DNA of 64,000 bases from Mobula hypostoma (lineage: Eukaryota). The notes beneath the pieces were generated by a model that saw only the letters and a list, made by a program, of their open reading frames with translations, did no database searches and was not told the origin of the DNA. The DNA is taken from contig NC_086098.1 in NCBI RefSeq assembly GCF_963921235.1, positions 2,728,001 through 2,792,000 on the forward strand, in the 5' to 3' direction. Position 1 is the first letter of the stretch. Each line of letters opens with the position of its first letter. The position numbers were made by a program, and so were the translations under genes. This document shows, piece after piece, positions 11,970-23,024 of this stretch.

Positions 11970-12627
11970 GATAGGAAGGTGACAGTAACTTAAATAACCT
12001 CACGCGTTACAACAGTGATGTGCAGAAGAGGATCTCGAAGTGCCCATCATGTCAAGCCTTGAAGTGGTTGGGCTACAGCAGCAGACGACCACTAACATCC
12101 ACTTGGTGGCCACTTTTTTAAGTACATCTGCTTGTTCATGCAAATATTTAATCAGTCAACCATGTGGCAGCAACTCAATACATAAAATAATGCAGGCATG
12201 CTCAAGAGATTCAGTTGTTGTTCTGAACAAACATCAGCATGGGGATTGTGGAATGAGTGTTGGTGCCAGACAGGGTGACTTGAGTATCTCTGAAATTCCT
12301 GATCACCTGGGATTTTCACCCACAACAGTCTCTGGAGTTTACAGAGACTGGTGCAAAAACCAAAAAACATCCAGGGAGTGGCAGTTCTGTGGGTGAAAAC
12401 GCCTTGTTAATGAGCGAGGTCAGAGGAGAATGGCCGGACTGGTTCATGCTGACAGGAAGGTGACAGTAACTCAAATAACCACACATTACAACAGTGGTGT
12501 GCAGAAGAGCATCTCTGAATGAACAACACTTTGAACCTTTTAGTAGATGGGCTACAGCAACAGAAGACATGAACATACACTCAGTGGCCACTTTATTAGG
12601 AACAGGAGGTAAAGTAGCCACTGAGTG
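11970..12627 (+). mobile_element. Tc1-like non-autonomous element with a duplicated 3' segment
   Basis: ORF 12040..12396 includes GMSVGARQGDLSISEIPDHLGFSPTTVSGVYRDW; TIR copies at about 12100-12125, 12578-12600 and 12610-12627. Confidence 0.85.
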
Positions 12628-12959
12628 TCTGAGTTAGGGTTAGTATACTGGAAACAAGCTATCTTAGCATTTGGCTTTTGTACATTGGTTGTTTATGTAT
12701 AGTTTTTTTCATAAATTCATGTATGTCTTTATTTTCCTGCAAATATCTGCAAGAAAATGAACCTCAGTACAGTATATAATAACATATACTGTACACACTT
12801 TAATAATAAATTTACTTTGACTGACTTTGAACTCATGCAGACTACCCCCAGCACATCTCAGACTGTGTTGGTTGTTGATGCAAACAACACATTTCGATGT
12901 TCGTGTCTATGTTTCAATGTACACGTGACAGATAAAGACGATCTTTCTTTTCTTAATAA

Positions 12960-14200
12960 AGAATCAGAATCAGGTTTATTATCACTGGCACGTGACGTGA
13001 AATTTGTTAACTTAGCAGCAACAGTTCAATGTAATACATAATCTAGCAGAGAAAAAATAATAATAATAAATAAAATTTAAAAATAAATAAACAAATCAAT
13101 TACATATAGCGAATAGATTTAAAAACATGCAAAAACAGAAATACTGCATATTTTTAAAAAAAGTGAGGTAGGAATCAGATGGCAGAGGGGAAGAAGCTGT
13201 ACGTGAATCGCTGAGTGTGTGCCTTCAGGCTTCTGTATCTCCTACCTGATGGTAACAGTGAGAAAAGGACATGCCCTGGGTGCTGGAGGTTCTTAATAAT
13301 GGACACTGCCTTTCTGAGACACCGCTCCCTGAAGATGTCCTGGGTACTTTGTAGGCTAGTACCCAAGATGGAGCTGACTAGATTTACAACCTTCTGTAGC
13401 TTCTTTCGGTCCTGTGCAGTAGCCCCTCCATACCAGATAGTGATGCAGCCTGTCAGAATGCTCTCCACCGCACGACTATAGAAGTTTTTGAGTGTATTTG
13501 CTGACATGCCAAATCTCTTCAAACTCCTCATAAAGTATAGCTGCTGTCTTGCCTTCTTTATAACTACATTGATATGTTGGGAACAGGTTAGATCCTCAGA
13601 GATCTTGACACTCAGAAACTAGAAGCTGCTCACTCTCTCCACTTCTGATCCCTCTATGAGGATTGGTATGTGTTCCTTCGTCTTACCCTTCCTGAAGTCC
13701 ACAATCACCTCTTTCATCTTACTGACGTTGAGTGCCAGGTTGTTGCTGTGGCACCATTCCACTAGTTGGCATATCTCACTCCTGTACGCCCTCTCGTCAT
13801 CACCTGGGATTCTAGCAACAATGCTTATATCATCAGCAAATTTACAGATAGTATTTGAGCTATGCCTAGCTACACAGTCATGTGTATGTAGAGAGTAGAG
13901 TAGTGGGCTAAGCACACACCCCTGAGGTGCGCCAGTGTTGATCGTCAGTGAGGAGGAGATGTTATCACCGATCCACACAGATTGCCATCTTCCGGTTAGG
14001 AAGTTGAGGATCCAATTGTAGAGGGAGGTACAGAGGCCTAGGTTCTGCAACTTGTCAACCAGGATTGTGGGAATGGTGGTATTAAATGCTGAGCTATAGT
14101 CAATGAACAACATCCTGACGTAGGTGTTTGTGTTGTCCAGGTGGTCTAAAGCTGTGTGGAGAGCCATTGAGGTTGCATCTGCCATTGACCTACAGTGGTG
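12960..14200 (-). mobile_element. Rex1/Babar LINE, 5'-truncated RT pseudogene
   Basis: ORFs 13619..14185 ([31 protein letters not shown]) and 13175..13531 (ESILTGCITIWYG..LLPSGRRYRS); (GAATCA)n tail on the plus strand. Confidence 0.95.
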
Positions 14201-14610
14201 ATAGAAGCTTGAAATGTCGGGATCCTTCTTGATGCAGCGCCTCAGCCCAAAATGTCAGCTCTTTATTCCTCTCCGTGGATGCTGCCTGACCGACTGTGTT
14301 CCTCCAGCATTTTGTGAGTCTATCGATTTCCAGCATCTGTAGAATCTCTTGTGTTTCTCCCTTGTAGCATAATTTCCAAGAAAGAAAAAGGTATCAAGAT
14401 TCCTATACTGGGCTTTGCAGAAGTATAGTTAACCCCCATCACCCAGGACATGCCCTATTGTCATTGCTACCGTCCAGGAGCCTGAAGGCACACACTTAAT
14501 GTTTCAGAAGCTACTCCTTCCCTCTGCCTTCAGATTTCTGAATGGGCAATTAATGTACAAACACTATTTCACTATTTTTTTTTGCCTTTTTTGCATTTTT
14601 AAACTACTTA

Positions 14611-14677
14611 CAGTATTGTGCAGATGTCTTGGTCACATGTACATAGCTAGGGTACCAAAGACTTTTGCATAGTACTG
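14611..14677. mobile_element. Tc1/mariner-type mini-MITE (67 bp)
   Basis: TA|CAGTATTGTGCAGATGTCTTGG...CCAAAGACTTTTGCATAGTACTG|TA. Confidence 0.85.
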
Positions 14678-14689
14678 TATTTGTATGCT

Positions 14690-15572
14690 AATGCACTTTG
14701 GGAGAAGAAATGAAAGGGTTGACTATTTTCTAAATACAGAGAAAATAGGAAAAAACACTGAGATGCAAAGGGATTTGGGAGTCCTTGTGCAGGATTCCCT
14801 AAAGATTAACTTACAGATTATTATCTGAATGGTGGCCGATTAGGAAAAGGGGAGGTGCAACGAGACCTGGGTGTCATTATACACCAGTCATTGAAAGTGG
14901 GCATGCAGGTACAGCAGGCGGTGAAAAAGGCGAATGCAATGTTAGCATTCATTTCAAGAGGACTAGAACATAAAACCAAGGATGTAATGTTGAGACTTTA
15001 TAAAGCACAGGTGCGGCCTCACTTGGAGTATTGTGAGCAGGTTTGTGTCCCTTTTCTTAGAATGGATACACTGAAACTAGAGAAGGTTCAAAGGCCTTTC
15101 ACGAAAATGATTCCAGGATTGAATGGTTTGTCATATGAAGAGCATTTAATGGCTCTGGGCCTGTATTCACTGGAAGTCAGAAGAATGAGGGGTGAAACCT
15201 CTCAAATGGTGAAAGGCCTTGATGGAATGGATGTCAAGAAAATGTTTCCTATGGTGGAAGAGCCTAAGACCAGAGGACACTCTCAGAATAGAGGGGCGTC
15301 CTTTTAGAACAGTGATGAGAAGCAATTTATTTCACCAGAGGGTGGTGAATTTGTGAATTTTGTTGCCACAGGCAGCTCTGGAGGCCACGTCTTTATGTAT
15401 ATTTAAGGCAGTGGTTGATAGATTCTTGATTGGTTAGGGCATTAAAGAATACGGGGAGAAGGCAGGATATTGAAGCTGAGAGGGAAAATGGATTGGCCGT
15501 GATGAAATGGTGGAGCAGACTCAATGGGCCAAATGGCCTAATTCTGCTCCTATATTTTGTGGTTTTATGGTC
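14690..15572 (+). mobile_element. CR1 LINE 3' fragment (chimeric)
   Basis: ORF 14855..15307 QRDLGV..VRPHLEYC..LEKVQRPFTKMIPG..LGLYSLE; CR1 tail. Confidence 0.9.
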
Positions 15573-15715
15573 TTTTCCCAACCCTCTCCCGGCCCCTTCC
15601 CAGTCTCAGTCCACAATAGAGACCCATATCAGAATCAAGTTTATCATCACTCACATTTGTCATGAAATTTGTTTTTTTTTGCAGTAGCAGTATAGTGTAA
15701 TGCAAAAATTACCTA

Positions 15716-15769
15716 CAGTACTGTGCAAAAGCCTTGAGCACCCTAGCCTAAGACTTTAGCACAGTACTG
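15716..15769. mobile_element. Tc1/mariner-type mini-MITE (54 bp)
   Basis: TA|CAGTACTGTGCAAAAGCCTT...AAGACTTTAGCACAGTACTG|TA; same TIR as 14611-14677. Confidence 0.85.
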
Positions 15770-16853
15770 TATCTAATTTAATTTTATATATGTATTTCTT
15801 ATTGTAATTTATAGATTTTATTATTAGGTATTTCAATGTACTGCTGCTGCAAAATGACACATTTCACAACATATACCAATGATATTTAACCTGATTCTGA
15901 TTCTGAACTTACTCCAAAGAAATACCAATGTAAAGAATTGGAACGGCTGTAGTTTTTACTTCAGTACAATACACATTATCTTCTGCCTCATTTATCAGGG
16001 TCTCAATACTGTGAAATTTCTCAACTCTATTTTCATCCTACAGCTGGCAGAGTCTTCAGACCCAAACTTGGTGTCACTTTATCACCTCACATGGACTTGT
16101 CTATTCTCCTTCTCTGCTCCAGCCCATCGGAGCGATGACCCTTCACCAAGGCTTCTCAAGAAAAAGGGAAACATTGTATTGCGATGAAAATGTGTTGGCT
16201 CGGATTACGCAAAGAAAAGCAGCTTCAGACACGGGTCACAAAATAACGGAGTGAGAAGTGGAGAAAATCCTGCTCGGCGTAATACAGGGCTTATTGCGCA
16301 ATCTGGTCCTCGCGGTGGGGGGCCACAAGGGCTATAACACTGTAGCCCCGCGGTGGGGGAGCCACAAGGGCTATAACACTGTAGCCCTGCGTCTCCAACT
16401 GTTCCTCCATCAAGCCCGACTCCCTGTGGTGAACACGGGATTGCTATCCCACAGTTCTCAGTTGTACTCAATAGGATTGTGCAATGAATAACACCACTAA
16501 ATTCTCAAGAAACGCAAAAAGTCATAAAATCTGAACTAATTACTCTGTCCACAGGAAAGACTGACTGCAGGCACTTTATTGGGCTGTTCACAACAAACGA
16601 TGTGAAAATAAATATTTTTAAAAAAGCAGAGAAGCAATAACACACTGTGTGCACCCGTCGTGTGCATTGTAATTAAGTGGGATGTATATGATATGATAAT
16701 TTATGTGACATTGGTGACAGTGACAACATATTATATCTCATTATTTCTGCACAGTGACATATGACATGAACATACCTTGTGTCACAGGTTTCCAATCATC
16801 TGAGTTATTTTTATTGTGTCTCTGAAGTTTGAAAGGGCTCATTACTGTGATGG

Positions 16854-16910
16854 TGTGTGTGTGTGTGTGTGGCTGTGTGGGTGAGTGTGTGTGTGTATGT
16901 GTACTTGTGA

Positions 16911-16941
<31 letters not shown>
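16854..16941. repeat. Interrupted (GT)n microsatellite
   Basis: Direct inspection. Confidence 0.95.
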
Positions 16942-17529
16942 GCCGGAGAAAGTAAACCTGGTATCGTAGAGTATCCCACTACATTTGAAACATTTATAGT
17001 TTAAGTGCCTTGCCAAGATCACGGCATTCAACAGGAGGTATTAAATAAAAACAATTGTGGGAAAGTGGTTAGTTTCAGTCAAGTCTTTCTCAGATATTTC
17101 AGTTATTTATCTTTGAAACTTTTCCATTGAAATCACAGCACACGCCCCTGACTATCTTCAGAATAATTCTGCTTTACACAAAGGACTTTTCTTTTCAATC
17201 TCAAGTCAAATAACTGAAGTCGATGCAATTACAAACAAGCTTCAGAGCATATGATCCACGCAAACATGAAATAAAACAGTATTTTTCAGTGGATGGTTTT
17301 TTAGATGTGACATGATGAAGAGATATTTTTTTCTACACTCAAATGTCTGATTTAAGCAGGCAACGCCATCTTGTGTATTTTCTGTGCTGTGACCAGCACC
17401 AACCACAGAAAGCTGCTGTTCTGTCTTGGAAAGAACAGGTGCCAGTTAGTGAGATTGAGATAAGAACCTTAAAATATGATCCATCCAGACTAATCTTCCA
17501 TTCTCACAAACCAATCTTCTGTCACTTTA

Positions 17530-17943
17530 CACCGCACGCTGTCGGAGCAGTGCTGCCAGGATAATCAAGGACATGACCCACCCAGCCAACACACTTTTCG
17601 TTCCTCTTCCCTCCGGGAGAAGGCTCAGGAGCTTGAAGACTCGTACAGCCAGATTTGGAAACAGTTTCTTTCCAACTGTGATAAGACTGCTGAACGGATC
17701 CTGACCCGGATCTGGGCCGTACCCTTCAAATATCCGGACCTGCCTCTCAGTTTTTTTTGCACTACCTTACTTTCCCTTTTTTATTTTCTATTTATGATAT
17801 ATAATTTAAATTTTTAATATTTACTATCAATTTGTACATCAGGGAGCGCGAAGCACAGAATCAAATATCGCTGTGATGATTGTACACATTAGTATCAATT
17901 GTTTGGCGACAATAAAGTATGAAGTATAAAAGTATAAAAGTAT
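17530..17943 (+). mobile_element. Rex1/Babar LINE 3' end
   Basis: Encodes RIIKDMTHPANTLFVPLPSGRRLRSLKTRTARFGNSFFPTVIRLLNGS*; CpG retained; AATAAA plus (AAGTATA)n tail. Confidence 0.85.
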
Positions 17944-17982
17944 CGCTCTATAAAAATTATATTGAAAGCAGAAAGAAGCATA

Positions 17983-18483
17983 CGAGGGGTGATTGATAGG
18001 TTCGTGGCCTAAGGTAGAAGGAGTCAATTTTAGAAAATCTAGCACATTTATTTTTCAACATAGTCCCCTCCTACATGTACACACTTAGTCCAGCGGTCGT
18101 GGAGCATACGGATCCCTTCTTTGTAGAAGTGGTCCATAGCAGGGGTGATTGATAAGTTCGTGGCCTAAGGTAGAAGGAGATGAGTTATTAACTTCAAACC
18201 TTCTGCATAATCACTCAAAGAGTTGACCTGCACGTGCTTGTAACGAGAGCTGTATAACTCATCTCCTTCTACCTTAGGCCACGAACTTATCAATCGCTCC
18301 TGCTGTGGACCACTTCGTGAAGGTCCAAGATGCCGACTTCTACAAAGAAGGGATCTGTATGCTCCATGACCGCTGGACTAAGTGTGTAAATGTAGGAAGG
18401 GACTATGTTGAAAAATAAATGTGCTAGGTTTTCTAAAATTGGCTCCTTCTACCTTAGGCCACGAACTAATCAGTCATCCCTGG
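17983..18483. mobile_element. Mariner-derived palindromic MITE with four TIR copies
   Basis: TA duplication at 17981-17982 and 18484-18485; TIR (C)GAGGGGTGATTGATAAGTTCGTGGCCTAAGGTAGAAGGAG; 18302-18418 encodes AVDHFVKVQDADFYKEGICMLHDRWTKCVNVGRDYVEK*, a mariner transposase C-terminus. Confidence 0.9.
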
Positions 18484-18549
18484 TATAAAATCCAAGCTCA
18501 GTGGAGACTGGAGTCAAGAAAAATAACTGGAAATTCATCTCAAAAGTAA

Positions 18550-19495
18550 GTTCAAAGTTCAAAGTAAATTTATTACAAAGTGAAGTACATATATGTCACC
18601 CTATACTACCCTGAGATTAATTTTCTTGCGGACATTCACAGTAGAAATACAATAGAATCAATGAAAAACTACACACAAAGACTGACAACTAATGTGCAAA
18701 AGAAGAAAAACTGCAAATATAAAAAAAACAAAGAATAACATTAAATAAGTAAATAAATAATATTGAGAACATGAGTAGTAGCGTCTTTGAAAGTGAATCC
18801 TGGCTTGTAGGATCAGTTCTGAGTTGTGGTGAAAGCTGGCCATGCTGGTTCAGGATCCTGATGGTTAAAGGGTAATCATTGCTCTTGAACCTGGTTGCGT
18901 GGGACCTAAGGTTCCTAAACCCTCTTTCTGATAGTAATAGCAAGAAGAGAGCAAAGCTAGATGGTGGGCTTGGGCAATCCTTGTTGGTTGATTTTGCTTT
19001 CTGGTGGTATCGTTCCTTGCAGATGTGCTCAATGGTGGAGAGGGCGTTTCCTGTGATGGATTCAAGTCAACTTAAGTCAAGTCAAGTTTATTGTCATTTA
19101 ACTATATACGTACATGTATATAATATATCTATAACCATACTATTGATATAGAAACAAGACAACGTTTCTTCAAACTCGGGTGTAAAAAACAGTAGTACAT
19201 ATAAAACATAACACACGATAACTTATGAAGGTACGGATAAAATCTACAGATGAATCACACATAAATCACTAGTGTGATGGAGTTGCTGTGCACAGCATAT
19301 TTAACAGTCAGCAGCATTTGCTGATCATAACAAAGACGTATAGGACATGGTCGAATAATTACACCCGGAGACAAAATGGTCACTGCGTCTGCACACACTG
19401 CCATCTTGGTTTTTGTAGCCTTTTCCATTCTTGGGTATTGGTGCTTCCATCCCAGGCCATGATGCAACCAGTCAGGATGCTCTCCACTGTGCATC
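18550..19495 (-). mobile_element. Rex1/Babar 3' portion, interrupted at 19061-19407
   Basis: (TTCAAAG)n tail on the plus strand; minus strand encodes TVESILTGCIMAWDG and RFKSNDYPLTIRILN. Confidence 0.8.
19061..19407 (-). mobile_element. Short non-coding retroelement (5' AAGATGGC, 3' (TTGAC)n tail)
   Basis: Minus strand starts AAGATGGCAGTGTGTGCAGACGCAG and ends AATAAA-(CTTGA)n; interrupts a Rex1 copy. Confidence 0.65.
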
Positions 19496-19873
19496 GAAAG
19501 AATACGTTTTAAAAACTGGAGAGCCTAGCAATTACTCTTTCAGCATTTCCTGCTGGCATTTCTCCCAGAGTTAAAAAAAAATCACAGAATGGCTCATTTG
19601 AATATGAGTTCAATTTTAATTTAGCCAGGCACAGAGCCAGTGGGGAAAACAGCAGCATTTCACCATGGTAAAATGTCTACAGAAAAGACCAGGCAAATTG
19701 TGCCAAGCAACAACAAGAAGGAATGTCCTGAAGGTCTAACGATCAACTTCTCCTGAATTTCTGTGACTCATATGCAGATTTTTATTGAAAACACTAATTT
19801 GTGCAGAAAAAGGAACTGATCTATTAAAAGATTATTAGTTTGCTTTCTCAAGCAGTCTATTAACTAACAAAAA

Positions 19874-20395
19874 CACTCAGTGACCACTTTACCTCCTGTA
19901 CCTAATAAAGTGGTCACAGAGTGCATGTTCATGGTCTTCTGCTGCTGCAGCCCATCCACTTCAAGGTTCAATGTGTTGTGCATTCAGAGATGCTCTTCTG
20001 CACAACACTGTTGTAACATCTGGTTATTTGAGTTACTGTCACCTTCCTGTCAGGTTGACTATTCTCCTCTGAGCTCTCTCATTAACAAGATGGTTTCAGC
20101 CACAGAACTGCTGCTCATTGGATGCTTCTTGTTTTATGCAACATCTTCTGGAGACTGTTGCGTGTGAAATTCCCAGATCAGCAGTTTTTGAGATACTCAA
20201 ACCACCCTGTCTGGAACCAACAATCATTCCACAGTCAAAGACACTTCAATCATATTTCTTCCCTATTCTGATGTTTGGTCTGAACAACAGCTGAATCTCT
20301 GGACCATATCCCCAAGCTTTATGCATTGAGTTGCTGCCACATGATTGTTTGATTTGCAGGTGTACAGGTATACCTAATAAAGTGGCCACTGGGTG
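19874..20395 (-). mobile_element. Tc1-like non-autonomous element
   Basis: Homologous to 12100-12627; TIRs at 19874-19891, 19901-19923 and 20373-20395, with TA at 20396. Confidence 0.9.
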
Positions 20396-20799
20396 TACAC
20401 TGGGGAATGGCTTGATATTTCATCCTCTAAGCAATAAGGAAAACCTTGCACTGGGTAAAGAACAGACTAAATTGTTTTAACAATTTGTTCTCTTTCCTTG
20501 TCTGTCTGCCTGATCACTTCTCTCTTTGTACAAATGAATCTTTCCAGTTCCCCCACCCACTGTCACCAACAGATACTGACTCATGCTGAGCACAATCTAC
20601 CCTCTGCTATTTTGTTCAAATGATCCTTAGGGGTGTGAACTGAGCCATTGAATATTGGCTGAATAATCATTGCTTCTTCACAAGCAAACTGACTGCTGTC
20701 CTGAAATTATTGACACAAAAAGTGTTGTCAATAGACATTGAACAGCTGAAGTGAGTGGAAGTCTTAAATGGCTTGAAAACCCTTAGCAGGCTGGCAAGA

Positions 20800-21680
20800 T
20801 CTGGGTTTGAGGCCCGAAGATCAAAGACCCATGATCAGTGAGTCCTAGGGTTGATACCCAAATGTCGGTGAAGTCCTGAGTTCAAAGTCCAAGGATCAGC
20901 AAGTCTGGAAGTTGAAGTCTGAAGGTAAAAGATGAGGTTGGTGAGTCTATAGGTCAATGCCCAATGGTCAAAATCCTGTGATCGCCACGTTCTGGGGTCG
21001 ATATACAGAGGTTGGCGGTCTGGATATCATTATCCAGGGATAAGAAAGTCCATAGGTTGAGGGTCAGAGGTTAAAGTTCCGTGATCACCAAGCTCTGGGG
21101 TCGATGCACAAAGGTTGACTAAATCAGGAAGTCAATGTCCAGGCATCAGTGAGTCCAGAGATCAAAGACAAAGTCACCAAGTCTGGAGGTTGAGGGCCAA
21201 AGGTCAAAGTCCTGGCATCGATATGCAGAGGTTGGTGCAGTCAGAAGCTTGAAGCCGGAGGTTGGTTTTCAGGGATCAGTGGGTCCTAAGGTCAAAGCCT
21301 GAATGACAAAGACCAGTCAGCATGTCCTGAGGTTGAAGCCCCTGGATAAGCATGTCTAGAGGTCAGAGGACTGTGGATCTGAGAATCCAGGCCAGGGACA
21401 AGAGGCTGGGGGTCCCGTGTCATGAGTCTGAGCTTCTGGTGTTGTGAGGGCCAGAGGAAGCCTGTCCTGGACTTGGAGATTTGTCTGGATGTGTGAGTGG
21501 GTGGGTGGGAAAGGGGCTTGTTTTGTTTTGTATTGGTTTTGTTTGTGTTGTTCTGCGAACATTGTGGGCATGCTATGTTGGTGCCGGAATGTGTGGCGAC
21601 ACTTACGAGCTGTAGCCACACATCCTTAGGTTGGTACAAACAACACACTTAACTGTTTCAATGTACATGTGATAAATAAA
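20800..21680 (+). repeat. Degenerate internally repetitive element ending in a SINE-type 3' tail
   Basis: Recurring GATCAGTGAGTCC / GGTCGA..CCCAAAGGT motifs to about 21420, then TTGTGGGCATGCTATGTTGGTGCCGGAA..GTACATGTGATAAATAAA shared with SINEs at about 52830-52960 and 60355-60500. Confidence 0.6.
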
Positions 21681-21811
21681 ATAATCCACATCATTAAAAA
21701 CATTCGAATGTGAACAGCTAACACTACTTAATCTTAAACTCGATTCATTTCGTGTTGGATCAAGGATTCACCAGGTGACCCAGATAGACAGGTTGATTCT
21801 CACACAATGAC

Positions 21812-22552
21812 CAGAGAGACAATATCCAGACAGACAATGCCCAGACAGACAATGCCCAGACAGACAATGCTAGAGAGACAATGCCCAGAGAGACAATGTC
21901 AAAGACACAATGTCCAGAGAGACAATGCCAAAGAGACAATGTCCAGAGAGACAATGTCAAAGAGACAATGTCAAAGAGACAATGTCCAGAGAGACAATGC
22001 TTAGAGAGTCAATGCCTAGAGACAATGCCTAGAGACAATGCCTAGAGAGAAAAAATTGTCCAGAAAGGCAATGCCCAGAGACAATGCCCAGAAAGAAAAT
22101 GCCCAGACAGAATGCCCAGAGAGACAATGCCCAGAGAGAGAATGCTAGAGAGAGAATGTCCAGAGAGACAATGTCCAGAGAGACAATGTCCAAAGAGACA
22201 ATGCTAGAGAGAGAATGCCCAGACAGACAATGTCCAGAGAGGCAATGTCCAAAGAGACAATGCTAGAGAGAGAATACCGGAGAGACAATGTCCAGAGAGA
22301 CAATGTCCAAAGAGAAATGCTAGAGAGAGAATGCCCAGACAGACAATGTCCAGAGAGGCAATGTCCAAAGAGACAATGCTAGAGAGAGAATGCTAGAGAG
22401 ACAATGTCCAGAGAGACAATGTCGAAAGAGACAATGCTAGAGAGAGAATGTCCAGAGAGACAATGCCCAGAGAGAAAAAAATATCCAGAGAGACAATGCC
22501 CAGAGAGACAATGCCCAGAAAGACAATATTGAGTGAGACAATGCCCAGAAAG
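21812..22552. repeat. Purine-rich minisatellite of about 16 bp (AGAGACAATGYCCAGA)n, roughly 45 units
   Basis: Direct inspection; it produces the periodic ORFs 21807..22004 and 22084..22266. Confidence 0.95.
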
Positions 22553-22637
22553 GTAAGCGTTTTGCATTAGATTGAAGCAACATGTTTCTGTCTGAGTTAC
22601 CAAGTCCTATGGTAGACACACAAAGCTTTCTTCATGC

Positions 22638-22722
22638 CAGGGAAGGAATTTGCAACCTTTTTTATGCCATGGACCAACACCATTAAGCAACATTTCTCTG
22701 AACCCCAGTTTGGGAACCCCTA
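22638..22722. mobile_element. Small hAT-type (MER5-like) MITE remnant inside a CR1 fragment
   Basis: CAACCTTTTTTATGCCATGGACC...GAACCCCAGTTTGGGAACCCCT. Confidence 0.55.
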
Positions 22723-23024
22723 CTGTGGGTGGACATTTTGAGGACAACCTTTTAAAGTGAGTGGAGGAACATTGAGGGCAGGTGTCAGAGGTAGTTTTGG
22801 ACCTCACTGCCTGGGTAGTGGTTGAGGCAGGTACATTAGGGATGTTTAAGAGTCTATTAAATAGGCACATGGATGATAGAAAAATGGAGAGCTATGAGCC
22901 ACGTAGGAAGGAAGGCTTTGATTGATCTTGGAATAGGTTAAATATCAGCACAACATTGTGGACTTACAAGGCCTGTATTGCTCTATGCTCTGGGGATGTT
23001 ACACAGTGCCCTATGTAGATTCAT

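Larger units (their letters stand above)
14430..15907 (+). mobile_element. Rex1/Babar 3' end split by the 14611-15769 insertion
   Basis: HHPGHALLSLLPS-coding segment and UTR to ..ACTACTTA, resuming TATCTAATTTAATTTT..CTGATTCTGATTCTGA after 15769. Confidence 0.75.

Noticed and set aside
15879..16187. Possible terminal coding exon after TTTTCATCCTACAG at about 16044
   Set aside because: Peptide not recognisable, the ORF starts in a LINE tail, and there is no supporting partner exon
16700..16790. Cluster of TGACA (TALE-class) motifs
   Set aside because: Short motif in low-complexity AT/GT-rich DNA beside a microsatellite; cannot be distinguished from chance
21760..22619. Repetitive ETMSR / ALSLW proteins
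   Set aside because: Artefacts of the 16-bp tandem array; frames shift with every unit
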